DNA of 64,000 nt from Candidatus Aminicenantes bacterium (GCA_963764745.1 CAVXTN010000005.1:262361-326360); one strand, 5' to 3'. Counted from the first letter of the stretch, positions 49,699-62,288 are shown. Notes: generated by a model from the letters alone, not told the origin. Made by a program: numbers and translations.

Positions 49699-50344
49699 AT
49701 GAAAATATTCCTGGACACGGCCAACGTCGCTGAGATCAAGAAAGGACTGGCCTACGGCGTCATCGACGGCGTCACCACCAACCCCAGCCTGGTCGCCAAG
49801 GAACAACGGGAATTCATCCCCCTGATCAAGGAGATCACCGCCGCCATCCCCGGGCCGGTTTCGGTGGAAGTCACGGCCAGCAAGCCTGGAGGAGATGATC
49901 GCCCAGGCCGAGCTGTACGCGGCCATCGCCGCCAACGTGGTCATCAAGGTGCCCATCAACCTGGAAGGGCTGCAGGTGGTCAAAACCCTGGCCGGGCGCG
50001 GCATCAAGACCAATGTCACCCTGATCTTTTCCCCCTCCCAGGCCCTGCTGGCGGCCAAGGCCGGCGCGACCTACGTGTCGCCGTTCGTCGGGCGCATCGA
50101 CGACATTTCCGGCGACGGCATGGCGCTGGTCGAAGACATCGCCGTTATTTTCGACAATTATGAGATCAGCACGGAGATCATCGTCGCTTCGGTGCGCCAC
50201 CCGCTGCATTTCGTCCAGGCGGCCAAGATCGGAGCCGACGTGGCCACCATCCCCTTCGCCACGCTGGCGCAACTGCTCAGCCACCCCCTGACCAGCAGCG
50301 GCATGGAACGCTTTTTAAAAGACTGGGAAAAGGTCAAGCACTGA
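49699..50344 (+). pseudogene. tal: Transaldolase (short Fsa/TalC type), one +1 frame break
   Basis: [35 protein letters not shown]...VSVEVTASK is followed, one frame over, by [23 protein letters not shown]...[31 protein letters not shown]... (ORF 49895..50344). The junction is at the CC at about 49885. Confidence 0.85.
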
Positions 50345-50347
50345 CGG

Positions 50348-53300
50348 ATGAAGAAAAAACTCAAGATTTTTTTCAGTTTTTTTTTATACTTTTGATCGGT
50401 AGCGGCATTTATTACGCCGCCAAATATTACGTCTTCCATCTGATCGTTTCCCGCACCGGGGTCGATATCCGCTTTGACGACCTGCGGCTCTCCCTGTTCC
50501 CCCTGGGGCTGGAGATCCGCAATATCAAGAATCTCCCGATCAAAAACGAAAACCTTGTATCGTTCGCCGCGGTCAACGTTTATCTGCCGCCGACTTCGCT
50601 GTTCATGAAAAAAAAGGCGATCAGCATCGAGATCGAGAAGCCGGTTTTCATTCTCAACGACAGCCTGCTGAAAAGCATGCCCGGCGGCAAGTCCCTGGGC
50701 TCGACCTTCACCGTCAACCATCTCAGCATCCGCCATGGCGAGCTGGTTTTCAAAGGCCGGGACTACCAGCTGCAACGTGCTGGATTTCAATCTGCAGTCG
50801 GGGAACCTGGCGGGCGGACTGGCTTTCCGGGTCGACTCGCCCCATTTGAAAATCGTCCATGCCCGTCAGCGGCGACCCGGTCAGCCTGGAAGGAAACCTG
50901 AGCGGCGAAGTGCGCCAGCAGGGAACAGCCTGGCGGATCAACCAGGTTGTCTGGCAGACCCGGGAGATTCTCTTCAATCTCAACGGCCGTGTTTTAAAAG
51001 ACGGTTCTTTTTATTTCAACTCTTCGGCCCAGGGCAATCCGGAAAATATCCTGCGCCCCCTGCTGGGAGACTTGACCGTCAAGGGATTGATCTACGCCAA
51101 CGCCAAGATCGTCAAGAACATAAAGGGCAAGGTCCAGATCAAGGCCGACTTCACCGCGCCTTCCTGCCTGATCAAGGGAAATTCCTGCAGCGACCTCTCC
51201 GGCCGGTTGAGCTGGAACAGCCAGAGCCTCAACCTGGATCTGGAAGCCGCGTTCGACACGCCGCTGGCCCGGTCCACGCTGCGGCTCGGCAGCAAGGGCG
51301 GGGAAACCAACATCACGCTCAAAAACGTTCCCGCCGCCTACATGACCAACGTGCTGGATATCAGCAAGGACGCCCCCCTGGCCGGGGTCATCGCCAATTG
51401 CGCCCTGAAGATCAACCGCGAATTCATCAGGGGCCGGGGCGAACTGGACGCCGGCCCGACCCAGCCCCTCAGCCAGCCGTTCGTCGCCAAGGGACGCATC
51501 GATTTCCAGCGCGACAAAAAACTCAGGCAGACCACATTTTCCGGACAGCGCCTGCAGTTCAACGGCGGACAGGTCAGCATCGAGGGCAAGACCAATTCCC
51601 GGGCAAAAACCTCCAACATCAAGATCGATGCCGCCCTGGAAAATATTGGAAAACCTGGCGGCCTACTCGACCTATTATCTGGATATCGATCTGCTGCCCT
51701 GGAAACTGAGCAAAGGCGGCGGGTCGCTCCATCTGGAGCTGGACAAGCGCCCGGACCGCAAGCAGATCGACAGCCCGTCTCCAGATCAGCAATTTTCTGG
51801 CCAACCAGCAGGTCGATCTCATCCCTGCAGGGCACGATCCGCAATACACCGCTGTCTCAGCCAGGGCGAATTCCTGATCGCGGCACCCGATCTTCGCAGC
51901 CGGGCCGAACTGAAAATCGCCGATCACAAGACCACCATCCGTTTCCTGGGACGTGACGGGCGAAGCGCAAAAGATCATGAAGATCCTGAACATGCGACAT
52001 GGACCTGCGGGGCAAGATCACCGGCGATTTCACGTACAGCTCCGGCCGGGCGCTGAAGCAGCCGGACCTGCTCGGCTCTTTGGCGGCGCCACGGTTGACC
52101 TTCATGGGATTTGCGCTCACGCAGGTCAAGGGCGCCCTGCGCTCCAACCTGAAAAATATCGCCTTGAGCGGCCTGGAATTCGGCTACAAGGGCGGCCAGG
52201 TCCGGGCCGAGGTCAGCATCGATTTCGGGCAGAAAAAGTTCGACCTGCAGGGCCGCATCGACGGCATGGACGCCGCCCGGCTGTACGGCGGATTCAGCGG
52301 CCGGGCCGACCTGGAGGTCAGCGGCCGCGGCGAATTCCTGAAAGACCCGCTGGAAGATTACCTACCGCCTGGGCAAGCTCAATCTTCCGGCGACCGGGAT
52401 TCAGCGTCAAGGGCCAGGCCAAGATATTGACCGATTTTTCCGATTTCAGCCTGAACACCAAGCGGCGAAGCGCTGAACTCCGGCGGCGTTTCTCCGTTTT
52501 CGCTCGAGATCAGCCGCAAAGCTTCCCGCTATTCGGGATCATTCAATTTCAATCTGCTCGATCTGAACCTGCTGATCCCCTGGAAAAACAACATCGGCAC
52601 CGTGCGCTTGCTCGGGCAAATATACTCGGATAGCGACGGCGGCATCAACGGCCGCGGCGTGGCCGTCTTTTCCGGCCAAACCCTCTCCCTGCCGAACTTC
52701 TCCCATTCACTGGACAATTTTCAGGGCACGGTCACCTTTGTCAACAAGACCTTCTTCCTGCAGTCCCTGAGCGGGGAAATGGGCGGCGGCAAGGTGGAGG
52801 GCAACGGCCAGCTGGTCATGGGCGCCGACGGTCTGCAAAGCATGACCTTCAACCTCCAGGGCAAAAACCTGCACCTCTATCCCATGGACCGCATGTCCTG
52901 CGTGGTCAATCCCGACCTGACCCTGAAATACTGAACAGAAAAAATTGCTGCTGTCGGGAACCCTGGCGTTCCAGTCGGTCGACTGGCAAAGGGAAATCGA
53001 TGAGCCGCTTCGTCTTCAGCACCCGCTCGGAACTGTCGACCGCCGAATCCAGGATCCGCGAGATGCTGCAGCTGGATATCGGCCTCAGCGGCGACAACAT
53101 CCAGATGAGCAATTCCCTGGGCCGCATCCGCGGCAAATTCAAGCTGCGCTTGACCGGAAACGCCAATTTCCCCATTTTGAACGGCACCTGCGAGGGCAGC
53201 CAGGGCGAGATCTATTTTTCCGACCGCTCCTTCAACCTGCTGAAAGCCAAGCTGGTTTTCAACAACAACTTGATCATCGACCCGCTGATCACCATCGAGT

Positions 53301-53784
53301 CCGAGGCCTTCATCCAGAACTACCGCATCCGCTTCGACATCCGCGGCAGCCGCCTCCCACGCCAAGCCGGAATTGGTGTCTTCGCCGCCGCTGCCGCCCC
53401 AGGATATCCTGGCCCTGATCTCGCTGGGAGAGGTGTTCAAAAGATCGAGCTCGACGGAGATCAGTTCGCAGCAGAGCAGCACGGCCATGGTCACCACCAA
53501 GCTGACCGAGGAGATCAAGAACCGGGCCAACAAGCTGCTGGGGATCAACTTGCTGCGCATCGACCCCGTACCTGTCCGGGCAATCGTCCCTGAACGCGTC
53601 CCGGCTGACCATCGGCAAAACGATCTCCAAGGACCTGGTCGTCGTCTATTCGACCAACCTGTCGACGTCGCGCCAGGAGATCATGTACCTGCAGTACCAG
53701 CTGTCGCCGGCCATCTCCCTGATCGCCATGAGAAACGAAGAAGGGCGCTACAGCCTCGACCTGCGCCTGCGCACCCGGCGCTGA
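50348..53784 (+). pseudogene. tamB: TamB-like translocation-and-assembly-module protein (C-terminal DUF490), about 17 +1 frame breaks
   Basis: The ATG is 3 nt after the tal stop and the protein has an N-terminal TM helix. Homologous sequence can be followed through fragments starting 50392, 50735, 50859, 51628, 51953, 51999, 52602, 52945, 53000 and 53373, plus shorter pieces. The C-terminus SSPPLPPQDILALISLGEV...RLTIGKTISKDLVVVYSTNLSTSRQEIMYLQYQLSPAISLIAMRNEEGRYSLDLRLRTRR is DUF490-like. The stop is at 53782-84. Confidence 0.75.
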
Positions 53785-53791
53785 AGACACC

Positions 53792-56560
53792 ATGAACCGC
53801 CGACCTGCAGACCAAATCCGCGCCTGGCCGCCCTGGCCGTGCTGCTCCTGCTGCTGCTGCCGGGCGGCAGCCGGCCGCCCCCGCCTGGCAGAACTTCAGG
53901 ATCGGGCAGGTCCTGCTGCTGAACCGCGAACCAGAAAAGCGATCCCCGCCTGACTCCCGTACCGGCCGCTGGTCGCCATCCGCAGCGGCGATATCTACCA
54001 GTACGAGGATGTCCGCAAAAGCATCGAGAATTTGTTCAAGACCGGCGTGTTCGCCGATATCGAAGTCAAGGTGCAGAGCCCGGGAAGCCGACTTGCTGGA
54101 CGTCTATTTCATCCTGCAGCAACAAGCCGGTCATCCGCGCGCTGGAGTTCACCGCGCTCCAGTCCGATCAGCAGGCCGCGAATTGCGCGCCGCCATTTAT
54201 TCGCTGCGCAAGAACGATCTGTTACGAAGAAAGCAAGCTGGCCAAGGCCATGGAGGAGCTGCAAACCCTGCTCAAGGCCAAAGGATATTTCAACGCCCAG
54301 GTATCCCCGCAGGTCAGCCTGGACGAGGAACGTTCCGGCTGCACCATCCACTTCGTCATCGCCTACGGCCAGATCGCCCGCATCCGGCGAACTGCAGGTC
54401 AGCGTCAACGACGATGCAGCTGGCGCAAGCATCATCTCCGGCTATTTCAAGAACCCGGTCTACTACATCCACGGCGAATTCGCCAAGAAGATCGAAAAAG
54501 CCAGGAAGCTGCTGAAGCAGCATCTGCTACTATTTCCCGGAAATAAAAGTGCAGGAGGATTTTCTCGATCCCCAACGCTCGGCAGCTGGACATCACGGTC
54601 ACCATCGCCTGCGGCTACAAATACAATTTCGTTTTCCAGGGCATGGCCGCCCGGATGCCCCTGATCGCCGATGTCTGGGAACGGCAGGTCTTTGAAAAAT
54701 GGGCCGAAGAGGAAAGCCGGGCCCGGCTGCTGAACTACCTGAAGAACGATGGCTACATCGACGCCCGCGTCACCTCCGCCATCACCACCCCGGGGGTGAA
54801 CAAGACCATCGTTTTCACGGTCCAAAAAAACCGCCGCTACCGGCTGGGAGAGATCACCGTCCATGGCAACCACGCGGTGGGCAGCGAAAAGATCAGGGAG
54901 ATCATCAAGTCCGGCGACTCTGATCTTCAACAAGCTGGTCTGGCTGCGCATCAATTCCCTGGTGGCCGACATGGAAGTGCTCAAGCTGTTCTACTACTAC
55001 CAGGGCATATCGCCCATCGAGATCCACCTGGAACCGAGTTTCCGCGGCAAGCGCGCCGACATCGATTTCGTCATCAGCGAGGGCCAGAAGTACCGCATGG
55101 AAAACGTGGAATTCAGCGGCAACCAGGCATTTTCCAGCCAGGACCTTTACCGGCTGATCCAGAGCAAGACCGGGACGCCCTTCGTCCCCCGGCTGCTCAG
55201 CGAGGATATCGACCGCCTGCAGAATTTTTACTGGAACAACGGCTACGATGACGCCACCGTCAGCTACGAATTGTCGCCGGGATTGCAAAAATCGCTCCTG
55301 ATCAAGATCGACGAAAAGCAGCTGAAAAAAATGGGCGAGCTGATCGTCATCGGCGCGTCCGCTTCCCAGAAAAACCTGCTGAAAAAACTGTTCCCGCTGC
55401 GCCCGGGCCAGCCCTTCAGCCGCAACCGGATCGACGCCTTCCGCTCCGAAATCGAAAACAGCGCGATCTTTTCCGAGATCAAGCTGGACAAGATCGCCAA
55501 GGACCAGGACACCATCGACATGCTGGTCAAGGTCATTCCCGACCGCAGCCGCTTCTACGGTTTCGGCTTCGGCTGGGAGGAAAGGCGGGGCCCGCGCGGC
55601 ACGCTGGAGTACCAGGAAAAAAACCTGTTCAACACCTTCACCTCGGTGGCCGCCACCCTGCAGCTGGGCGTCAACCTGTGCGACAAAAGGCTGATCGTCA
55701 ATGACCGCCGCGGCATCCTGTCCTTCGACACCCCGTATCTTTTCAAGAACAAGATCACCTCCTCGTTCAAGCTCTGGGAGGAGAACGAAGCGTATCCCAG
55801 CTACCAGTTCAACCGCTGGGGGCTGGGCGCCATCGTTCGTCAGGAAATTTCTCGGACAAACTGTATTTCCTGGGCTCAGCCAAGTGGTACCGCACCACCC
55901 TGACCGACCTCGCATATCCCGGTCTTCGGCGTCGACCAGCTGGACAAGCCCTTCGACACCACGGCCCTTTCGCTTTCCTTCGTCAACGAGAACCGCGACA
56001 ACCCCTTCAATCCGCACAGCGGCCATTTTCTCACCGCCGAAATGAAGTTGGGCCTGCCGGTTTTCGAAAAGGACTACACGTTCCTGAAAGCTGTTCTGGA
56101 ACTACCAGCAGCACTATCCCCTTCCTGCGCGACGGCACGTTCTCCTTTTCGGTCAAGAACGGTTTCGGTTTCGGCGACATGTCGATCACCGAACGCTTCT
56201 TCGCCGGCGGCTTCGCACTCCTTCCGCGGCACGCGCAACGACCGCCTGGGCCCGATCAACCTGGCCACGGACCCCAAGGCGCCCGAAGGCGGCAACGTCC
56301 TGCTGCTCTTCAACCTGGAAGCCACGGTGCCCAGCCTGCTCATCCCCATGGAGGACCTGTATTACACTTTTTTCGCCGACGTGGGCAACGTCTTCAGCAA
56401 GTCCAGCGACTTCAACCTGAACAAGATGGAGCGGGCGCTGGGCTTCGGCCTGAAATACCGCACCCCGCTCGGCCCCATCCGCCTCGATTTCGCCTTCAAC
56501 CTGCGCCGGGCCGCCGAGCAGAACTTCCTCATCCAGATCGGCATCGGCAATGTGTATTGA
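53792..56560 (+). pseudogene. Omp85-family protein (BamA/TamA-like: POTRA repeats plus beta-barrel), many frame breaks
   Basis: POTRA-like pieces include DVRKSIENLFKTGVFADIEVKV, MEELQTLLKAKGYFNAQVSPQVSLDEE, RLLNYLKNDGYIDARVT and DIDRLQNFYWNNGYDDATVSYE. The barrel end in ORF 56042..56560 reads TERFFAGG...RGTRNDRLGP...FFADVGNVF...GFGLKYRTPLGPIRLDFAFNL...IQIGIGNVY. I traced the fragments only partly. Confidence 0.8.
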
Positions 56561-56586
56561 TCCAGAACGAAATCGGTGAACGTTTG

Positions 56587-56833
56587 ACGGTTTACGGTAG
56601 ACGGTCAGAAAAAGGCAAAAGTTAGAGATAAAGCACCAAGTTCCAAGCACCAAATACCAAATAAATTCCAAATCAAAAATTCCAATGTCCTAAAAAAGGC
56701 ACTGCCAGCGATTTTTCTTTGTTTGGGTCATTGGGTCATTGGAATTTGGTGCTTGTTTGGTGCTTGGTGCTTGTGATTTGGAATTTCAGTCTTACCTAGT
56801 CACTCGTCACGTGTCACTCGTCACTCGTCTACA
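56587..56833. repeat. AT-rich mosaic of short tandem and strand-symmetric repeats between two convergent OMP genes
   Basis: ACGGTnn x3 at 7-nt period (56587-56605). GGGTCATT x2 (56725-40). GGTGCTTG x3 (56748-73), with CAAGCACC on the left arm (56644-51). A 13-bp inverted repeat AAATTCCAAATCA (56663-75) / TGATTTGGAATTT (56774-86). A 10-bp inverted repeat AATTCCAATG (56678-87) / CATTGGAATT (56737-46). The heptamer GTCAC[TG][CT] x4 (56799-56829) abuts the stop codon of the minus-strand gene. Confidence 0.6.
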
Positions 56834-59486
56834 GGTTGAAGCGATAGGTGGCCTTGAGCATGAAGATGTTGTCGCCCTTGGCCGAGATCAGGTCGCCCAG
56901 GTCGCGGCCGAAATCGAGATCGCCGGGATTGGCGAAATCCTGGCGGTTCTGCGTCCAGACCAGGTAGAAGGTCGAGCCGGGACGGTACTCCCAGCGGAAG
57001 ACGACCGTGCCGCGCAGCGACTTGACATTGAAATCGGGATTGGCGAAGCGTGAACGCCGGGGCCGGGCCGGCGCCGTCGGGATCGACCGCGTACCCGCCG
57101 TCGCCATAGGCGATCGTCGAACCGTTGCGGCCGTAATAGTTGAACGAATAGGTCGCCGGCCTGCGCCAGCTCCTTGAACTCGGCGTACTTGCCCACGGCG
57201 ATCAGCGGCTGCAGGAAGGCCTGCAGGCTGATCTTCGGCGAGAAGATCCAGTTCAGGCGGATCTCGGCCGAAAGCACTTTTTCGTTCAAGTGGGCGAAGA
57301 CATATCGTTTGCCGTAAGTGGCGGCATGGAGGTCATCGCTCACGTTGGCCACCCATTGGCGGTAGGTATCATAGAATTCCACCTCGGGGTGCAAGGTCAG
57401 CGAGACATTGCTGCGCGGCTTCCAGCGCAGCTGCGGGACCGATCTCGAAATCGCGGCTGCCGTCCTTGCGCCGCGACATCTCGCCATACAGAGAAAACAC
57501 CAGCGGCTTGCGGCTGTCGCTGTAAACAGAGAGCGAAGCCAGATACCCCGGGGGCAGCCGCAGCAGCGGCCCGCCGCGGGTCGCCTCCTTGTCATAGCTC
57601 GCCTCGATATAGCCCAATTCGATCTGGCTGCTCCAGTAATTCAAGAATTCCCCGTAAAGAAAAAGAAATGAATTCTTCATGATGGCGTTGCCGCCGAAAT
57701 CCCAGCCGCGGGCCACGGCGGCAAACACCTGGGCGCTGCGGAAGACCTTGCCGGGCTGGAGCCAGTTGTAGCCGGTCACCAGGTGGGAATTGACATAGTC
57801 GCCGCGCCATTGGTAGCCCAGGTCGTTGACCTCGAAACCCGGGGGAGACGGCGCCCAGGGCCGCGTTGAAGACCACGTTGCCTTTCTGCTTGTTCAGGGC
57901 CAGGCGCCCGGACCAGCCGCTCAGCGACGTGGCCTCGGGATCCAGCGCCAGGTGGTCGGCGTCGGGACGCTGGAAGTAGTGCAGCGGCGATTGCTGCAGC
58001 CCGAGGATGTATGTCGCGGCTGCCGCCGACCCGGGATGCGCCCAGCCATCCGGTCAGGGCCCAGGTCTGCGTTTTCCCCAGCTGCAGCCAGCCGTCGGCA
58101 CCCAGGACCAGCGCCTGCCGGCTCAGGATCTCCTGCAGTCCCGGGTTCGTCCAGGTCGCGAAAGACGCCGGTGGCGATGAAGCCCAGTCCCTGCCGCCCC
58201 TGGTGGAACTCCTTCTGGGCGCGCAGGACGCTGTAGTCGCTGAAGGGCTCGACCTCCTGGCCGGAGCGGTCGCCCAGGGCTGTCCACGTCGGCATACTCG
58301 CGCGCGGTCAGGGCGCTCAGGAAACCGACGTTCCAGTTGCCGGCCACCTTGCCGGTCACTTTGGCCGCGCCCAGGATCGTGGTCATTTCCGGATAATTGA
58401 CATAGCCGTCGCTGTCGACAGTGCCGCGCGGCGGCTGGCCGACGCGGCGGCTGTAAAAGAATTCGGGATTGCTCCAGTTGAATCCCCAGTTGCTGTTGGC
58501 GCCGCCGTAGCCGAAAGCGAAAATATTCGAGCCCTCGATGAAAAACGGCCGCTTTTCCGAATAATACGTTTCAAAGACCGACAGGTTCACCTCGGCCGGA
58601 TCGACCTCGACCTGGCCGAAATCGGGGTTGAGGGAAAGGTCAAGGGTCAGGTTGCTTTTCAGGCCGTACTTCAGGTCCAGGCCGACGCTGGCGAACAGGT
58701 CGCTGCCGGTGCGAAAGGGATTCCCCTCCTCCCGCGGGCTGAAGGCCAGCTTGCCCACGCGTGTAGGGCATGGCTTCGAAATGGCGGCCGGGGCGGATGC
58801 CGCGGATGCCGGTCAAGCGGGCGAAGCGCGAAACAAAGCCGTTCTCCTCCTTGGGCACCCAGGAAAAATAGTCCTGCTCGTTCTTGCGCTGGATGGTGCG
58901 CTTGAAATTGACCCCCCAGACGTATTCGCTGCTGACGGTGAAGCGCAGCTGGTCGTAGGGAATGCGCATCTCCACGGTCCAGCCCTGTTCGTCGATGCCG
59001 GGCCGCGCTCTCCCAGATCCCGTCCCAGGTGGCTGTCATTCCACTCGTCATTGTAGAGGGTGCGGTCGATGATCGAGCCGGCCGGATTGACGCTGAACGG
59101 AAAACCGCTGCGCCGGTCCAAATACGGGTCGACGGCAAAGGTGAACCAGTCGGAATCGAGTTCGTCGTCGCGGCGGCCGAGCAGGCCGACGATCTTTGCC
59201 GGTTCGGAGTCGTACAGCCGGGCGGCCACATACAGGGCTTTGTCGTCAAAGGCCACCCAGACCTCGGTGCGCTCGCTGGCCGGCTTGCCGTCCAGGGGAT
59301 TGCGCTGGGTGAAATCGTCCGTCCCGGCTCCCTGCCACACCGCTTCCGTGAGCCGACCGTCGACATGCATCTCTTCCGCGGTCCGCCTGGCCCGGACTTC
59401 CCGGCCGGAGGCCGGGGCCGGCCTGCGCCAAATGGCCCAGCGCGCTCACAAACAAGCAACAGGATCAAAAAATATACTTTTTTCAT
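56829..59486 (-). pseudogene. DUF5916 / CBM9-like domain outer-membrane protein, many +1 frame breaks
   Basis: Signal peptide MKKVYFLILLLVC. Then HVDGRLTEAVWQGAGTDDFTQRNPLDGKPASERTEVWVAFDDKALYVAARLYD..., TWDGIWES, MEMRIPYDQLRFTVSSEYVWGVNFKRTIQRKNE..., and LSLNPDFGQVEVDPAEVNLSVFETYYSEKRPFFIEG..., ending ...ATYRFNL. The first six fragments have upper ends mod 3 of 2, 1, 0, 2, 1, 0. Confidence 0.7.
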
Positions 59487-59594
59487 GATACCGACACTTC
59501 CTTGATTGACATGGATTGCAGGAACGACAACTGGTTAGACGTTGCCAAAGGGCAAAAAGGTTTCCCGCCGCGATACCGGGATGCCCGCCGCTCC

Positions 59595-60493
59595 TTACAG
59601 AAAATAGGCGACGGCCAGCAGCAGGTCGGTCAGGATCACCAGGGCGACATTCAACCCCTGGGCCGGAACCAGGCGGGCCGGATCGGTCATGGTATTTCAG
59701 GGTCTGGACAGCAGCGGCGACGCCCAGGGGCAGGGTGAGCCAGGGCGATGAGCACCGTGTAGGGGATGTTCAGCAAAAACGGCCCGGCCGCGATCAGGGC
59801 GAACAGCAGGAACACGGCGCCTGCATAGATCACGGCGCTCTTCTTCCTGCCGAAAAAGATGACCAGGTGGCGGCGCCCGCCCTGGCGGTCGGCTTCCGCG
59901 TCGGGAAACTCGTTCAAAAAAAGCAGCAGCGCCGTGAGAATTCCCGGCACCAGGGAGATGTAGATGATGTCCGGAGTCATGAAGCGGGTCAAGGCATAAT
60001 GAACGCCGATGACCACGAAACTGCCCAGGGTCAGGCCGCTGACCAGTTCACCGATCAGCCACTTGGACAGATGCGAGGTATAAAAGCGGATGGCGATCGC
60101 GCCCGCTGACCATCAAGACCAGAATGGGCCAGCCGCTGACCAGGCAGAAATACAGGCCGATGGCCCCGGCGGCCAGCAGCGTGCCGTAGGCGGCCAGGCG
60201 CACCTGCGCGCGGCGTGGTCTGCCCCGACTGCAGCATGCCGCTGCCGCCGCTGAAGGGGGTGCGCGCCGTGTTCTCGTCGATCCGCGTCTCGTGGTCGGA
60301 AAGCTCGTTGAAAAGGTTCACCGACGCATGGGCCAGGACCACCCCGGCGACCAGGAGCAGCGAACGGCCGAGATGGCCGAAGCCGTGCCAGTACGCCGTG
60401 GCGATGCCGACCAGGGTCAAGCGCCACCGACAGGATCAAAAAGGGGGCGCGGATTTGCTGCAACCAGACAGCGAGCAGATGCTTGTTGCGCAC
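59595..60493 (-). pseudogene. UbiA-family prenyltransferase, several frame breaks
   Basis: MRNKHLLAVWLQQIRAPFLILSV is the start. The first Asp-rich motif is in VLAHASVNLFNELSDHETRID and the second in LLFLNEFPDAEADRQGGRRHLV. The hydrophobic end ...LILTDLLLAVAYFL stops at 59595-97. Confidence 0.7.
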
Positions 60494-60678
60494 ATCGACC
60501 TCCGGGCCGCGAAAAAAAACGGCCGGCTGATTTTAATTCATGCGGGGCAAACTTGCAAATCGGTTTTCGTGGCGCGACCGAAATGATCATTGCCCCGCTT
60601 CAATGTCCTGGACCCGGCATTCGAGATACTGCCATTAGAAGCGGAACCATTGAAGCAAACAATCCGGATTCTGCTACC

Positions 60679-61321
60679 ATGGGTGCCATGCTCGCTTAAA
60701 GCCCTGCTGTCCCTGTTTGTCCTGCTCCAGTCCGGGGCCGATCCTGGTCGACAGGATCGCCGCCACCGTCAACGAGGAAATCATCACCGTCCACGATATC
60801 GAGCGGGCCATCGCCTTCTTTCCCGTGCTCAGGCAGAACAACGAAACGGAAGAGGATTTCTATTCCCGCATCCTGGCCGACCTGATCACCTACAAGGTCA
60901 TCGCCCTCGAGTACGGCGACGAATTCAACCTCGAGTGAGGAGGATTTCGAAATGGTGCAGACGCAGATCCTGCAAAAGGCCGGATCGCTGGAAAAGCTGC
61001 AGGCCGCTGCTGAACGGTTTCGCCATGGAGCTGGAGCGATTTTAAAGTCTTCATCAGGGAAAAAGTCCTGTACGAAAAAGTGCTCAGGGAAAAATTCCAG
61101 ATGGAGATCACCATCTCCTTCGATGAGATCGAGGACTTCTACAACCACGATTACCTCACTTCCCAGCAGCAACTCGGCTGGAGCCCCGCACCCTGGTCGA
61201 AATGGCCCCGGAGATCGAAAAATACCTGCGCAAACTGCGAACGGAAAAACAGCTTTCCGCCTGGCTGAACGATATTCGCTCGGCCTACAAGATCGAGATC
61301 ACGCTAAGGAGCCGCCAATGA
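60679..61321 (+). pseudogene. SurA-N-terminal-domain-like periplasmic chaperone, about seven +1 frame breaks
   Basis: Pieces: LKALLSLFVLLQSGA (signal peptide), ILVDRIAATVNEEIITVHDIERAIAFFPVLRQ...LITYKVIALEYG, SEEDFEMVQTQILQKAGSLEKL, KVFIREKVLYEKVLREKFQMEITISFDEIEDFY, and APEIEKYLRKLRTEKQLSAWLNDIRSAYKIEI. The stop overlaps the next ATG (ATGA at 61318-21). The family call is tentative. Confidence 0.55.
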
Positions 61322-62288
61322 ATCTTTTCGACAAAGGCAAGGCCGGCCCGCATTTCATCGACGGCCTGCAGACCGGCGAGAACGTGAGCTGGTTCTACCG
61401 CGTGCAGGAAGTCGTCAAAAAAAAGACCAAGAACGGCGATGATTTTCTCGACCTGACCCTGATGGACAAGACCGGGCGCTTGCCGGCCAAGATCTGGAAC
61501 AACGTCGAGGAGTATCACAAGCTGCTCCGGGCCGGAGAGGTCTACAAATTCAGCGGCGAGATCAGGGACTACCGGGGGAAGAAGCAGATCACCGTCACCC
61601 ACTTGCGCGCGGTTGCCGCCGAAGACCCCGGACTTCACCTCCGGCGATTTCTGCGAGTCGCCGCCCTTTGACAGCGAGGCGCTGCTGGCGGAAACTTTTT
61701 CCCTGCTGGCGGAAAACCTCAGCCAGCCCCATTTGCGAAACTTGAGCGAATCTGTTCCAGGCGGAATACGGGCCCGTCTTCCGCCAGGCCTATGGCGCCC
61801 AGAAGATCCACCACGCCTTTGCCGGCGGCCTGCTGCAGCACACCCATGCGCTGTTGAAAATGATCCTGGCCATTGCCCCCTTCTACGGCCTGGACAAGGA
61901 ATTGCTGCTCATCGGCGCCCTTTTTCACGATATCGGCAAAACCGCTGAATTCAAGACCCAGCCTGCCCTGGAAACGACCCTGGCCGGAGGATTGCTCGGC
62001 CACCTGGTCATCAGCCTGACGATTTTTCTGGAAATGAAAACCAGCATCCCCGATTTCCCGGAAGCCCTCAGCATCCGCATCCAGCACCTGATCGTCTCCC
62101 ACCACGGCGAAAAGGAATTCGGCTCGCCCGAAGTTCCCAAAACCAGGGAAGCCTACCTTTTGCATCTGCTCGATCTGCTCGATTCACGCCTGAACATTTT
62201 CAGCGAACAGCTCCACAAGCGGCGAAGCGAACAAACTTTTTTCCGAATTCAACCCGGCATTGGGAACCGGATACTGCTGGACAAATGA
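61318..62288 (+). pseudogene. OB-fold plus HD-domain protein (YhaM-like 3'-5' exoribonuclease family), two +1 frame breaks
   Basis: The OB part is MNLFDKGKAGPHFIDGLQTGENVSWFYRVQEVVKKKTKNGDDFLDLTLMDKTGRLPAKIWN.... The linker lies in ORF 61613. The HD part is QKIHHAFAGGLLQHTHALLKMI...GALFHDIGKT...IVSHHGEKEFGSPEVPKTREA (ORF 61854..62288). Starts mod 3 are 1, 2, 0. Confidence 0.75.

Noticed and set aside
56587-56833. CRISPR array
   Set aside because: The repeat units are only 7-13 nt and are directly adjacent or interleaved. There are no 25-40-nt unique spacers and no cas genes in the window.
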